A stretch of 64,000 nucleotides of DNA from Candidatus Thorarchaeota archaeon (GCA_003345545.1 PRDH01000044.1:64001-128000), one strand, 5' to 3'; counted from the first letter of the stretch, positions 9,379-19,028 are shown. Made by a program: numbers and translations. Notes: generated from the letters alone by a model not told the origin.

Positions 9379-11232
9379 TCAAGATGAGAATTCTGACACC
9401 GTGACGTTATTTCTGGTCATAAAGAAGATGTATACAGGAATGGAGGATAGAAGAATGACAGCTATGATTGCAGCGAATAGCGCCAACATCGAGAGTGGGA
9501 GGTATGACAGAGTTGGCACCGCTGCTTCGGGGATGAGTGCGTAAACACTTAGTAAGGTCCCGACAATCAGTGCTGGAATGCCCGCACGCACTCCTACATC
9601 CAAACCCTCGGCTATCATTATTTTCGCGATGAAAGAGGGCTTTGCACCGATAGATTGCATGATAATGTAGTCTCTCAATCGACCAAATATCGAAACAAGC
9701 ATGTAGTTCATGAGAGCAAGGAACGCGCTCACCAGAGCCATGAGAGCAAGAGGATTCAGGAGAATCCATACTGCGTGTATAGCCTGTAGGTTCTCTTCAA
9801 GCACAGCCTGTTGAGTATAGATGCCTAGCCCATAGTTTTGAGCAAGGTCTTCGATTCGATTGAGTACTGTGTCATCATACGAATCGACCTGCACAAGGAG
9901 AAGATTGCAGCCTGTCACGCTGTAAAACTCCTGAAGCTTCGTCAGGCTTAAGATTGCCGTCATTCCTCCATTGAGTGTGTCAAAGGCTTGAGCACGGACC
10001 TCGAGGGGCTTGCCGGTAATAAGCAGTGACTGGACAAAAGGATCATCGAATAGCGTATTTGCTAGAGCCCCTCCAAGCCACACTTGCTGTGAGCTATTGA
10101 CTCTGAAGCCTTCGTAGTACCAGTCTGAGAGAGTTGATGTCCAATCAATGCCAACAAGTAGCGCCGAACCTTGTCGCTCTTGGCCGATTCTCTCATACTG
10201 CTGTAGCTCCTCATTCCATACTGTCCCCGGATGTTCCTGTACGTCGTCAAAGATAATGAGCCGCTGTTCCAATGCAGTGACTGCCAGATCGCCTTGAAGC
10301 TCAGTCACAAGCGAGTCATTAATCATATCAGTCGGAGCAAGGAAGTTGAACGAGCTGTTGAGGGCTGAACCATCGAATGAATATGCATCATAGTACTGGT
10401 TCAGCATGTCAGGATTGCCTACTGCTATGATATTAGTTCCCATAGAGCGCATCATGTATGATTGAGATGTGGTTTCAACAACGCCGCCTCCAATCCACAG
10501 AAGGGACGCAATTGTAAAACTGAGAAATAGGGAGAGAATGGTCCGCCTTGTTCCCTTGATGCGACGACCTATACCTTTTGACGCAATTCGGAAGCTAAGA
10601 CCTAATCCATCTAGGAATCCGGTTCTTCTGACGCGCGATCCCACGTCAGGATTGAGCGCGACTGAAGGTGATTCCTGAACAGTGTCGTAAATCGGTTTCT
10701 GAGAGGAAAAGTAACCTGCAAGGACATAGAAGGCAGCAAGAAACGCAAGCTGAAGCCAGGGAAACTCTAGGGTGAATTGTAGCCCAGGCATGACACCTGC
10801 AATCCAAATCATGCCTGCCAGATATAGGAGGGTGCCAAAAGCTAGGCCGAAAACGACACTCGCAAGAAGCACTATTACTGATTGGGCCATGAAGAAATCA
10901 AAGATTGAATCTATGAGTGTCCCCATTGCTTTCATGAGGCCAATATCACGACGGCGGGTGACCATTTCAAGAGATACAGTCGTCGAAACAACGACGGCAC
11001 CCAAAACAAAGACAAGCAGAAGAATCGACCAGATGAATGTGGAGAAGAGCATCCCCATTGATGACGAAAGGGCTCTAGCTAATGCAAAGGAATTCACATC
11101 GAGAAGGATATTGCCAAAGAGGAAGATGAATGTCGTAGACATCACAACACTGGTGAGGGATATCATAACAAGCACACTTCGGAATGGACGGCGTTTGAGA
11201 TCCTTTGATGCAAATCCTTGAAACTCAGACAT
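9379..11232 (-). CDS. ABC transporter permease, FtsX/MacB family (two FtsX domains)
   Basis: Multiple TM helices; RRRDIGLMKAMG and RLRDYIIMQSIGA motifs; start at MSEFQG overlaps the ATPase stop. Confidence 0.88.
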   Translation of the reverse strand: MSEFQGFASKDLKRRPFRSVLVMISLTSVVMSTTFIFLFGNILLDVNSFALARALSSSMGMLFSTFIWSILLLVFVLGAVVVSTTVSLEMVTRRRDIGLMKAMGTLIDSIFDFFMAQSVIVLLASVVFGLAFGTLLYLAGMIWIAGVMPGLQFTLEFPWLQLAFLAAFYVLAGYFSSQKPIYDTVQESPSVALNPDVGSRVRRTGFLDGLGLSFRIASKGIGRRIKGTRRTILSLFLSFTIASLLWIGGGVVETTSQSYMMRSMGTNIIAVGNPDMLNQYYDAYSFDGSALNSSFNFLAPTDMINDSLVTELQGDLAVTALEQRLIIFDDVQEHPGTVWNEELQQYERIGQERQGSALLVGIDWTSTLSDWYYEGFRVNSSQQVWLGGALANTLFDDPFVQSLLITGKPLEVRAQAFDTLNGGMTAILSLTKLQEFYSVTGCNLLLVQVDSYDDTVLNRIEDLAQNYGLGIYTQQAVLEENLQAIHAVWILLNPLALMALVSAFLALMNYMLVSIFGRLRDYIIMQSIGAKPSFIAKIMIAEGLDVGVRAGIPALIVGTLLSVYALIPEAAVPTLSYLPLSMLALFAAIIAVILLSSIPVYIFFMTRNNVTVSEFSS

Positions 11233-11983
11233 TGTCGTGCAACTCTCCGGATTCCATCCTGAATCGACGAGCACCAGATTGATCTATGATTCGCTCGTCA
11301 TGTGTCATGATGATGACCGCTTTGCCTTCTTTGTTCAATTCCAGAAGAAGGTCCCTTACCATCTGACCACTCTCTCCATCCAAATTCGCAGTCGGTTCAT
11401 CAGCGAGAATTATGGGAGGGTCATTTGCCATTGCACGAGCAATTGCCACTCGCTGTTGTTCACCTGAACTCAGTTGCCACGGAAGATGATCCGCTCGATC
11501 GCTCATCTCAACGCGTTCCAGAAGGGCCATTGCCTCCGTTTCCAGCTCGTCCGAGCTCTTTGCTGAGAGCTGCATTGGAAACAGCACGTTCTCGATTGCA
11601 GTCAATGTCGATACTAGGTTATAGCTCTGAAAGATGAATCCAGTATTGCCCAATCTGAAAGATGACCTGAATGTCTCATCATAGTCATTGATTGGTACAT
11701 CCATTACGAACAACCGACCAGATGTGACTAAATCAATGGCTCCGATTATGTTCAATAGCGTTGTCTTACCTGATCCAGATCGCCCTGAGATTACCACAAG
11801 GTCCCCCAGCGCCACCTCCAGATTCACTCTCTTCAGGGCTTCGATCTCCTTTTTTCCGAGCCTGTAAGTTCGCGTGACATCGACAAGTTTCACAGCATGT
11901 TTGACTTTTGGAAAGTCGTCCTCGCTCAGGTCATCCTTTGCATAGTCGACAGCATCTTGGTGATCATCATCAACCATTGGCAA
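11225..11983 (-). CDS. ABC transporter ATP-binding protein (LolD/MacB-like)
   Basis: Walker [36 protein letters not shown]-loop. Confidence 0.95.
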   Translation of the reverse strand: MPMVDDDHQDAVDYAKDDLSEDDFPKVKHAVKLVDVTRTYRLGKKEIEALKRVNLEVALGDLVVISGRSGSGKTTLLNIIGAIDLVTSGRLFVMDVPINDYDETFRSSFRLGNTGFIFQSYNLVSTLTAIENVLFPMQLSAKSSDELETEAMALLERVEMSDRADHLPWQLSSGEQQRVAIARAMANDPPIILADEPTANLDGESGQMVRDLLLELNKEGKAVIIMTHDERIIDQSGARRFRMESGELHDNV

Positions 11984-12073
11984 TTCACCCGGTCATCCGG
12001 CTTCCAGTATCTCTGCTCTGGAAAGCACGTCTGGTCAGCATCTAGTTCCAAGATAAGCATAGAGTTCGGGCAG

Positions 12074-12877
12074 TTATTGTACTAGAATACCCATGCTGAC
12101 AAGAGTGGAGCGTGCCCAATCTGTGAGAATCACTGGCTTTTCACGACCAAAGACCTTGACTGATCTAAGGATGTCAGCTCTCAGGAGGCCGCTCGTGTAG
12201 TACGAAATCAAGCTCTTATCGACATCAAGAACCTTGCTGATCTCTGCCTGTGTTGTCTGCCCGTTCTTCATGCACTCAAAGAGAATCGATCCCACTGTAG
12301 GATTTCGTGAGAGTGCAGCTAGGAGAAGGACTCTATCCTCGGCTGAGAAGTCAGGGGGGAAGATATGACGGACATTGCCATACCTTATTGATACTACCTC
12401 ACGTGCGTCTTCCAAGCTCTTCAGATGATATTGGAGAGCACCCATTGCACATCCCAGGCTCCTGTGAAGCTGACGCAGATGTACACCCGGGTCAGCAGTG
12501 ACTTCCTCCACAATTCTATCTCGGAGTCTTAGAGCTCGACGATCTCTGGTACGCTCGAGCGATATTGTCCCAATAATCAATGCCCACAGCCCTACGTCAG
12601 CGGATGGAGGAGTCCATTGAGTCCAGAAGTCAAGCGTGCCTATGCCAGCCACCAGAAATGAATCAAGAGAGAAATTCATAGTGCCGCTACTGACTATGCT
12701 CAGGGCAAATCCAAGGTCTAAGACAGCCTGATTATTGTTCAATGTTGCGGGTAGAAAAGGAGCAACCGAGTCCGCATCGCCATAACTTGATTCTGACAGA
12801 GCAAACCCAACTACACTCCACGTGATAAGGAGAAAAGAGAGTCCAATGAGGAGTTTTCTAGCGACTTGGCTGCTCAT
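12074..12877 (-). CDS. Membrane-anchored tandem winged-helix transcriptional regulator
   Basis: N-terminal hydrophobic segments, then PGVHLRQLHRSLG...GALQYHL and a second HTH (TQAEISKVL..DKSLISYY). Confidence 0.75.
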   Translation of the reverse strand: MSSQVARKLLIGLSFLLITWSVVGFALSESSYGDADSVAPFLPATLNNNQAVLDLGFALSIVSSGTMNFSLDSFLVAGIGTLDFWTQWTPPSADVGLWALIIGTISLERTRDRRALRLRDRIVEEVTADPGVHLRQLHRSLGCAMGALQYHLKSLEDAREVVSIRYGNVRHIFPPDFSAEDRVLLLAALSRNPTVGSILFECMKNGQTTQAEISKVLDVDKSLISYYTSGLLRADILRSVKVFGREKPVILTDWARSTLVSMGILVQ

Positions 12878-12945
12878 GAGTCTTCTACCGCGAGATTGCT
12901 TATGATGATTTCGCAGTTAAAGAGTACGTTTGTTGAAAGGATGCA

Positions 12946-13503
12946 CTACGGAGTGACGCCTCGCGCTGGATATGTCAGTGTGATCTTGAAGGTGCATGTA
13001 TCGGCACCGGCAGACATGCAAGTATCCTCACTGACAATCAATTTCTCGTACTCAATTCTATTGAAGTCGGTAAGATACTCCAAGACTGCCTCTATGAAGC
13101 CTTTCAGAAAATAACAGGATGGCTCTTCGCTCTCATAACCGGAGGCATAGGGATTATCGCCAACTTCGATAATTGCTTCCTCGTCAAGCCACAACTTGTA
13201 CAACTTGGCTATTCTGATATCGCCAAAGGGAACGATGAGTGTTTCCAAAGCCATCTTGATGAACTCAACTATTCCTTTGAAATCACCAGGGGGCTTTTGC
13301 TTGCCTACCTTGAAGTACTCTCGTTGGGCCTCAAGACCTGCAAGTCGACCAGCTGAATAGTACAGGTCACGTACACGATCTGGGAACATGACTGCAATAC
13401 GACTGCCAATCTTGTTCCAAGTCTTGGCGAAAAACGCAGACATCAGATCACGATCTTTCAGCCGACCCTGCCACCAAGGAATCACTCTTTCCTCTTTTGA
13501 CAT
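12946..13503 (-). CDS. V4R-domain protein
   Basis: LYYSAGRLAG, NPYA, SCYFLKGFIEA, EDTCMSAGADTCTF. Confidence 0.85.
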   Translation of the reverse strand: MSKEERVIPWWQGRLKDRDLMSAFFAKTWNKIGSRIAVMFPDRVRDLYYSAGRLAGLEAQREYFKVGKQKPPGDFKGIVEFIKMALETLIVPFGDIRIAKLYKLWLDEEAIIEVGDNPYASGYESEEPSCYFLKGFIEAVLEYLTDFNRIEYEKLIVSEDTCMSAGADTCTFKITLTYPARGVTP

Positions 13504-13564
13504 GTGAGAGTCCTCTAATGAACGATTCAGTATGAAACCGCGTTAAGTGCTTTGTTATAATCAG

Positions 13565-14038
13565 CTATGTGAGACGCACATTCCAGACACACATATTTGC
13601 ACCTGTTGCACGCGATTGCTCTTGGAAGACTTTGGCATCCACACCCTTGAACTGGAGTATGGACTCAAGTATACCACTGAAGACTTCGCAGTATCCAAAG
13701 CCACGCATACCCTCTAAATTGACGTCTTGACACCAAACACAGCTTTCGTCAGTGATGCGAACAGACCCACGTGCACTCTTCATATCCACATCATTCGGAC
13801 GTTTGTCGTACAGTGCCTTGTAGACTATCTCGATTAGCTTGGCAACATCCTCGCGCGTCGTGACACTGTCTTTAGTCTTTTCTACGATTTCAGTGTTGAG
13901 ATATATCTGTTGACCAATCTCATGACCCAAGTCACGGAGTTTCTGATTTGCTTCATCGATGTTGGATGTTTCAGAGAGCACACGATCTACGTAGTGCGCA
14001 TAGAGGCTGAGTAAAAGGGGGTTTTCTGTCTTTGGCAT
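13565..14038 (-). CDS. TRAPPC3/Bet3-like V4R-fold protein
   Basis: LLLSLYAHYV...EANQKLRDLGHEIGQQI resembles Bet3 helices; CVWC, YCEVFSGILESIL; start at MPKTEN. Confidence 0.78.
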   Translation of the reverse strand: MPKTENPLLLSLYAHYVDRVLSETSNIDEANQKLRDLGHEIGQQIYLNTEIVEKTKDSVTTREDVAKLIEIVYKALYDKRPNDVDMKSARGSVRITDESCVWCQDVNLEGMRGFGYCEVFSGILESILQFKGVDAKVFQEQSRATGANMCVWNVRLT

Positions 14039-14062
14039 CAGATTCGCACCTATCAATTACTA

Positions 14063-15049
14063 TTAGACAGTCTTGCCAATCATCTTCAGTCCAGCTTTTC
14101 TATACTTGGCAAGGATCTGAACAATCTTCGGGAAGGGAAGGTTCGCTTTCTCAGCTATTTGCTCGGGAGTCAGTCTTCCATCACACATTCTGATGATCTG
14201 GACGTCCTCGCCAGCAACTTTCGAGAGGTCACCCTCAAACCTGGGACACTTCACATACCTTCCTAGTTGAGGACCTGCGCTTGCCACTGAAGGGGCTTGT
14301 GGAACCTCATCCACTCGTGGTACGACGATTATGCCTCTTGTGGCGCTCCACTTAAGAAGATCAATTATCCTATCTGTCGGTTGAAACATCGAATCTGCAA
14401 TGGTGTTCACAGAGTTCCCTCCATCGACCAACATAAGCACGTCAAAGCCAAAATTGCGATAGAGACCCTTCATCTCCTTGTACAATGCAGAATCAAGTGA
14501 CAAAGAATTGCCGTACTCAGGACCTCTTCCGGGGACCGTCGTGGTGGTCACATTGAAGTCATTGACACTCAGTTGCTCTGGCACTTTGATGGGCACAACA
14601 GGAGCAGAACCCTCAGGGGAAGGAGCAGGTAGCGTAGTTGCCTCAACGGAAGCAGCCTTGACAGCAATGCTCTCAAGGACTTGAATATTCAACTCGGAGG
14701 ATTCCTCAAAGTCCTCGGGGGGCGGCGGCAGTTCAATACCTTCAAGAAGACGCAGGACATTCTTGGTCTTGGCAATAGCTAGTCCAAGCTGAAGTTCAGG
14801 AACGTATAGTACTGTCAATATCCAGTTTTCGTCAACAGGGGACAGGACAACGAGGCCTTTTTCGGTATCGATTGTCATTAGGCGAAGGTCCGCCTTGTAT
14901 AGCTTGATGCTGTCTTTCACTCGCGGGAACAGCTCGTCAGGAAATGCAAAACTTACAAATGGCCTGCCAATTTTCGTCATCAGGGAATATCCAAGAACCT
15001 GATCGTCGAATCTCAGTTTGGATAGGGCTTGCTCGAGATTTTTGGACAT
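14063..15049 (-). CDS. Roadblock/LC7-like domain + Pro/Glu linker + tandem winged-helix protein
   Basis: N-terminal alpha-beta-beta-alpha-beta-beta-beta-alpha pattern ending QLGLAI; two DG-x3-4-I-A winged-helix units; paralog of 16917-17864; start at MSKNLEQ. Confidence 0.7.
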   Translation of the reverse strand: MSKNLEQALSKLRFDDQVLGYSLMTKIGRPFVSFAFPDELFPRVKDSIKLYKADLRLMTIDTEKGLVVLSPVDENWILTVLYVPELQLGLAIAKTKNVLRLLEGIELPPPPEDFEESSELNIQVLESIAVKAASVEATTLPAPSPEGSAPVVPIKVPEQLSVNDFNVTTTTVPGRGPEYGNSLSLDSALYKEMKGLYRNFGFDVLMLVDGGNSVNTIADSMFQPTDRIIDLLKWSATRGIIVVPRVDEVPQAPSVASAGPQLGRYVKCPRFEGDLSKVAGEDVQIIRMCDGRLTPEQIAEKANLPFPKIVQILAKYRKAGLKMIGKTV

Positions 15050-15225
15050 AGCACTACACCTCACGGACACTAGCCTGACCGAGAACTGCCCGTACAACCT
15101 CTACTCTCCAAAAGTTTTCTGAAAAGGATTGCGGTTGTGTTGTGGCTTTTCATAGTAAGAATCAATCAAAAACTGTTAAGAGGGGACCACCCACACGCAT
15201 GAAGACACTGTCAAGAGGAGATTCG

Positions 15226-15807
15226 ATGAGAAACCTAGTGGGCGGACTCTTAGGAATAGTCGTGGGTTCATGCGCATTTGTTGGTGTGACTGGACTTCTA
15301 CCGCCACAGCCAGCATACCCAGAACCATTCAATACGATATGGTTCATTCTAGATGGAAGTTGGTCACTTCAGTCCACCATCCAAGGGCTCTTCAATTACC
15401 CAACAGCAGCTGCATATCTGATATCATGGATCATAATCGGAATGATAATCGCACCTTTCTCACGGAAAGGATGGAATACTCTCCGATCGGCTTTATGGGT
15501 CGGAGTCTTTCTTGCCATCTTTGCTTTGATATCCCTGCTTTTGAAGAATCCGTCATTCTGGGATGTTGCCCTGAATCCGATGAGGAACTACGCTCTAGTA
15601 ATCCAGTTTGCCATGTCTATGGTTGCATCTCTCTTTGTCATGATAAGTGCTCTTCCAATTACCGCGGCTGTCGAGATGGTGCGGCGGACCGCAGAGCCAC
15701 CTATTCCAGGAAAGATCGAAACTGTATGCCAATGTGGCGCTGTCTTCAAATCAAATCCACTGATCTGTTCTGAGTGTGGTGCAATTCTCAGGAATTCAGA
15801 CGATTAG
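15226..15807 (+). CDS. Membrane protein (about 4 TM) with C-terminal zinc ribbon
   Basis: Hydrophobic helices; CQCG...CSECG; GAGGAG upstream of ATG 15226. Confidence 0.75.
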   Translation: MRNLVGGLLGIVVGSCAFVGVTGLLPPQPAYPEPFNTIWFILDGSWSLQSTIQGLFNYPTAAAYLISWIIIGMIIAPFSRKGWNTLRSALWVGVFLAIFALISLLLKNPSFWDVALNPMRNYALVIQFAMSMVASLFVMISALPITAAVEMVRRTAEPPIPGKIETVCQCGAVFKSNPLICSECGAILRNSDD

Positions 15808-16322
15808 CGATCCCTAGTAATCCCACCACCAAGAATGGCACCGATGATGCACGCGATGCATGGATAGATAGCTCCCTCTAGAGCAACTTCCATCAAGAGC
15901 AGTGACCCGGGTGCAAAAATGGCTGCGATGTCAAAATCTGGAGAAATCACGAATATGAGGAGCCATGTCAAAAGAGCACCTATGATAGCTGCAAACACAG
16001 CAGCCAAAATAGCAGGCAGGAAGTCCTTTGACATAAGACCAGCAATCAGACCAGCTGCTCCCCATGCGAGAAACATTAGGACCGAGGCACCAGTAGCACC
16101 ATAGCCGACTACGCTTCCAAGACTGGATCCTCCCAAGGCTGATGGATAGAGAATCGTGCCAACAACAGCTATTCTGATTTCGAGGTCACTATTGCTGAGG
16201 AAATCCTGTACGACTGTGGGGGATATTAGATCAGCAGGCATGTAGGTTCCGAATGTCATAACGACGAATGTGATGGCGAATGCAGTTATGAGTCCGAATA
16301 TCGTGCCTAGACCTTGACCCAA
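15804..16322 (-). CDS. Gly/Ala-rich membrane protein (about 4 TM)
   Basis: Hydrophobic helices; W-x3-G-x-I...S-K segment shared with 15226-15807. Confidence 0.75.
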   Translation of the reverse strand: MGQGLGTIFGLITAFAITFVVMTFGTYMPADLISPTVVQDFLSNSDLEIRIAVVGTILYPSALGGSSLGSVVGYGATGASVLMFLAWGAAGLIAGLMSKDFLPAILAAVFAAIIGALLTWLLIFVISPDFDIAAIFAPGSLLLMEVALEGAIYPCIACIIGAILGGGITRDR

Positions 16323-16402
16323 TCATTAGCCTCCATAAATGGTACTTACACGATAGTTTCGCGCTAAGTGTTTTATACCTATTCCGGATGGCCAGTCACA
16401 CA

Positions 16403-16909
16403 CTAATCTCGGAGAACAAGCGTCCAAGTACAGGTTTCATCGCCAACTGCCTTGCAGGACTCCTGATAGCTCTCAGCTGAGAACCCTCGCAGTTTCATGA
16501 CCGCATCGAACACTCCGCTCACAAGCACGCAGTACTGAAGGCCGGGCATGTCTGAAATAGACACACCTTCACAAATAGGACAGATGTCGTCAGTGAATTT
16601 GATTGTTCTCTTATCCTTACTGACTTCAATTCTGGTGAAGAATTGTCCTGAGTTCACCTTATACGCAAGCTGCAATGTTTTTGAGAACGTTGGAAAGTCA
16701 ACTGCATGTTGTCGGATTCTATCGGCATAGTCCATTAGAAGTGTTTCACCAACTCGAAAACCAATGTCCTTCATTTTTCGATTGATCTCTTCAACATTAT
16801 TACTTGTACTCATGACTAGGTTCACAAGCTCTCTATAATTAGCTTGGAAAAGAACCTTCGACACTTTGGTCGTCATGAATCTCCACGCGATTTTCCCTTT
16901 AATACTCAT
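16403..16909 (-). CDS. TRAPPC3/Bet3-like V4R-fold protein
   Basis: KVSKVLFQANYRELV...EEINRKMKDIGFRVGETLLMDY closely follows the Bet3 N-terminal pattern; CPIC, YCVLVSG, ESCKAVGDETC; start at MSIKGK. Confidence 0.82.
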   Translation of the reverse strand: MSIKGKIAWRFMTTKVSKVLFQANYRELVNLVMSTSNNVEEINRKMKDIGFRVGETLLMDYADRIRQHAVDFPTFSKTLQLAYKVNSGQFFTRIEVSKDKRTIKFTDDICPICEGVSISDMPGLQYCVLVSGVFDAVMKLRGFSAESYQESCKAVGDETCTWTLVLRD

Positions 16910-16916
16910 TTTTTTT

Positions 16917-17864
16917 TCAAACTCCTGATTTCTTGTCTGTAAGTACCATTTTAAGAGTCTTCCCACGGTAGGGAAGAATGCTCTGTAAGACTTGGAAGTA
17001 TTGCATACCAAGCTGTGTGGCAATTTCCTGAAGGCTTCGTGTTCCGTCGCAGAGCGCGAGGACGGAGCGATGCTCCTTCTTTGCTTTCTCAATGTTGCCT
17101 TCAAAGAGAGGTATCCCAATTATCTCTTTTTGTCTAGTTTCCTCTGGTTCTGGGCACTGCACATCAACAACCTTCTCTGCCAGACACCATTTAACGATCT
17201 CTTGTACTCGTTCTACCGGTTTTGTTAAAGCTCCAGCTATCGTATAGATCGTCATCTTCTGATCGATAGTGAGAAGAATATCGATAGCAAGGTTGGAGTA
17301 GGCTTTCTTCAACGTGGCATTGAGAGCTGAGTCAAGAGTCATAGCATCTCGATACCTCTCCCCCCGAAGGACAACGCATCCGTGATGCAGCTCTATAGCT
17401 TCTGGGCGGGTCGACGTTTCCTCGACAACAGAGGGTATGGCTTCTACCACAGGAGCCGATGCTGACTCCATGGAAGCCTCAGGCCCGGTTGGCTCAGAAA
17501 CGAGAACCTCATCTGCTTCAACAGGAACCGGAGGCGGTGGAAGTACTACTTGTTCCAAGAGCTCGACAACTGATTTCGCTCTGGAGAGTGCAGTACCAAG
17601 CGTAAGCTCTGGTGTGAAGAGAACAGCAAGAACCCACTGAGGATCCACTCGTGACAAGATGACGCTTCCGTGGCTGGTCATGATATTGACGAGTTTCAGA
17701 CCACCCGCGTGAATCTTGAGCGTGCCCTTGATTTGAGGCACAACCTCGTCTGGAAGTGAGAAGGAAAGGAAAGGCTGGCCATCGTTTGTAATCAACGCAT
17801 AGCCTGTCACGGACTCATCGAATTTTAGCTTCGTGAGTACGCGTTCTAGTTCCAACTGGTTCAC
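16917..17864 (-). CDS. Roadblock/LC7-like domain + linker + tandem winged-helix protein
   Basis: Paralog of 14063-15049 (KLKFDESVTGYAL vs KLRFDDQVLGYSL; PLFEG..CDG vs PRFEG..CDG). Confidence 0.7.
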   Translation of the reverse strand: MNQLELERVLTKLKFDESVTGYALITNDGQPFLSFSLPDEVVPQIKGTLKIHAGGLKLVNIMTSHGSVILSRVDPQWVLAVLFTPELTLGTALSRAKSVVELLEQVVLPPPPVPVEADEVLVSEPTGPEASMESASAPVVEAIPSVVEETSTRPEAIELHHGCVVLRGERYRDAMTLDSALNATLKKAYSNLAIDILLTIDQKMTIYTIAGALTKPVERVQEIVKWCLAEKVVDVQCPEPEETRQKEIIGIPLFEGNIEKAKKEHRSVLALCDGTRSLQEIATQLGMQYFQVLQSILPYRGKTLKMVLTDKKSGV

Positions 17865-17899
17865 CTAACCTCGCTCAGGCAGCACAGGTAATCCATTTG

Positions 17900-19009
17900 T
17901 CAACAGTGCATAAGTAGCTTGTTGCCATCTCTGGAAACGGTGGGTTTTTCATTGAGAAATGTGATAAGTTCCTGCCGAGATGGATGTGATGCCGTCGGTG
18001 ACGAAACATAGAGGGCGGCTATCGCACTCGCAAGAACAATCCGATCGGAGGATGAAAGTGCTAGGAGGAGCCCGTAGATGTCCCCGGCATTCCATGCATC
18101 ACCAGCTCCGCAAACAACTTTGCTCTCAACTTGGAATGAAGGGACTGCATTGACTTCGTCACTATTGACTGCTGCTGAGAAGAGTGGTGTATGCAGATCA
18201 ATCTTGACTCCAGTTTCCTGTGAGACCTTCTTGGCTGCTGCAATCCATTTTTTGGGATGAGATACGATTGCCCGCCAACGATCATCCTTCCCTGTAAGGG
18301 CCCATGCGAGCCAACCTACTTCATTCTCATTGGCACCTAAAACGTCGACTAGACCTTCAGCTATGACATCCTTTACCAGTGGAATCACCAGCTCAGGATT
18401 ACTTGAGGGGTCACCCATATCCATGAAGGTGATTGATGACGAGGTCTTTTTCACCTGCTCAAAGAGACCACGCGCGAGATCTGGACCTTTGTGATTATGG
18501 TTCAGATTCACTAAGGCAACAAGGCCACAACTACGAATGAGTTCAAAATCTGAGTCTGTAAGACTATCAAATCCAAAGGATGATGCAGATCCGCTATCAC
18601 TAATCATCAGATTGATTCTACGTCCCTGAAATTCGGCTTCAAGCGAAACCGTGGACGATAGACGACCATCCCTGTGAACATGACTCTTGTCTAAGCCTGG
18701 TAATGTTAGGGCATCAAGGAGAGAAGCGCCGTATTCATCTGTGGTGACTATCATCTTTGCTTCCAGGCCTAGGGCAAGCAACGCAGAGGCAGTATTCACG
18801 CAATTGCCGCCCCTGCGGATGAATTGCTCACTGCCCATTAGATTGCCGCCCCCTTGTTTGGCAAGGTCATCAAGAGATTTCAGGAAGTCCTCGTACTTGG
18901 AGAGAGTTACAAAATGATCGACGAAGAAATCAGGAAGAATGACAGGGTAGCGTACAGCAGGAGGGTTCTCAAGTATTGAGATGAGATGAGCATAATCCAT
19001 CTCGATCAC
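17900..19009 (-). CDS. PfkB-family carbohydrate kinase
   Basis: GGNCVNTA, NENE, GAGDAWNAG. Confidence 0.85.
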   Translation of the reverse strand: MIEMDYAHLISILENPPAVRYPVILPDFFVDHFVTLSKYEDFLKSLDDLAKQGGGNLMGSEQFIRRGGNCVNTASALLALGLEAKMIVTTDEYGASLLDALTLPGLDKSHVHRDGRLSSTVSLEAEFQGRRINLMISDSGSASSFGFDSLTDSDFELIRSCGLVALVNLNHNHKGPDLARGLFEQVKKTSSSITFMDMGDPSSNPELVIPLVKDVIAEGLVDVLGANENEVGWLAWALTGKDDRWRAIVSHPKKWIAAAKKVSQETGVKIDLHTPLFSAAVNSDEVNAVPSFQVESKVVCGAGDAWNAGDIYGLLLALSSSDRIVLASAIAALYVSSPTASHPSRQELITFLNEKPTVSRDGNKLLMHC

Positions 19010-19028
19010 CAGACACTGTCACTATAGG

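Noticed and set aside
16910-17119. Upstream in-frame extension of the Bet3-like ORF overlapping the roadblock gene, with an A-run at the junction (possible programmed-frameshift fusion)
   Set aside because: The A-run lies after the roadblock stop codon, so slippage there cannot fuse the proteins; ATG 16909 gives a normal-length protein
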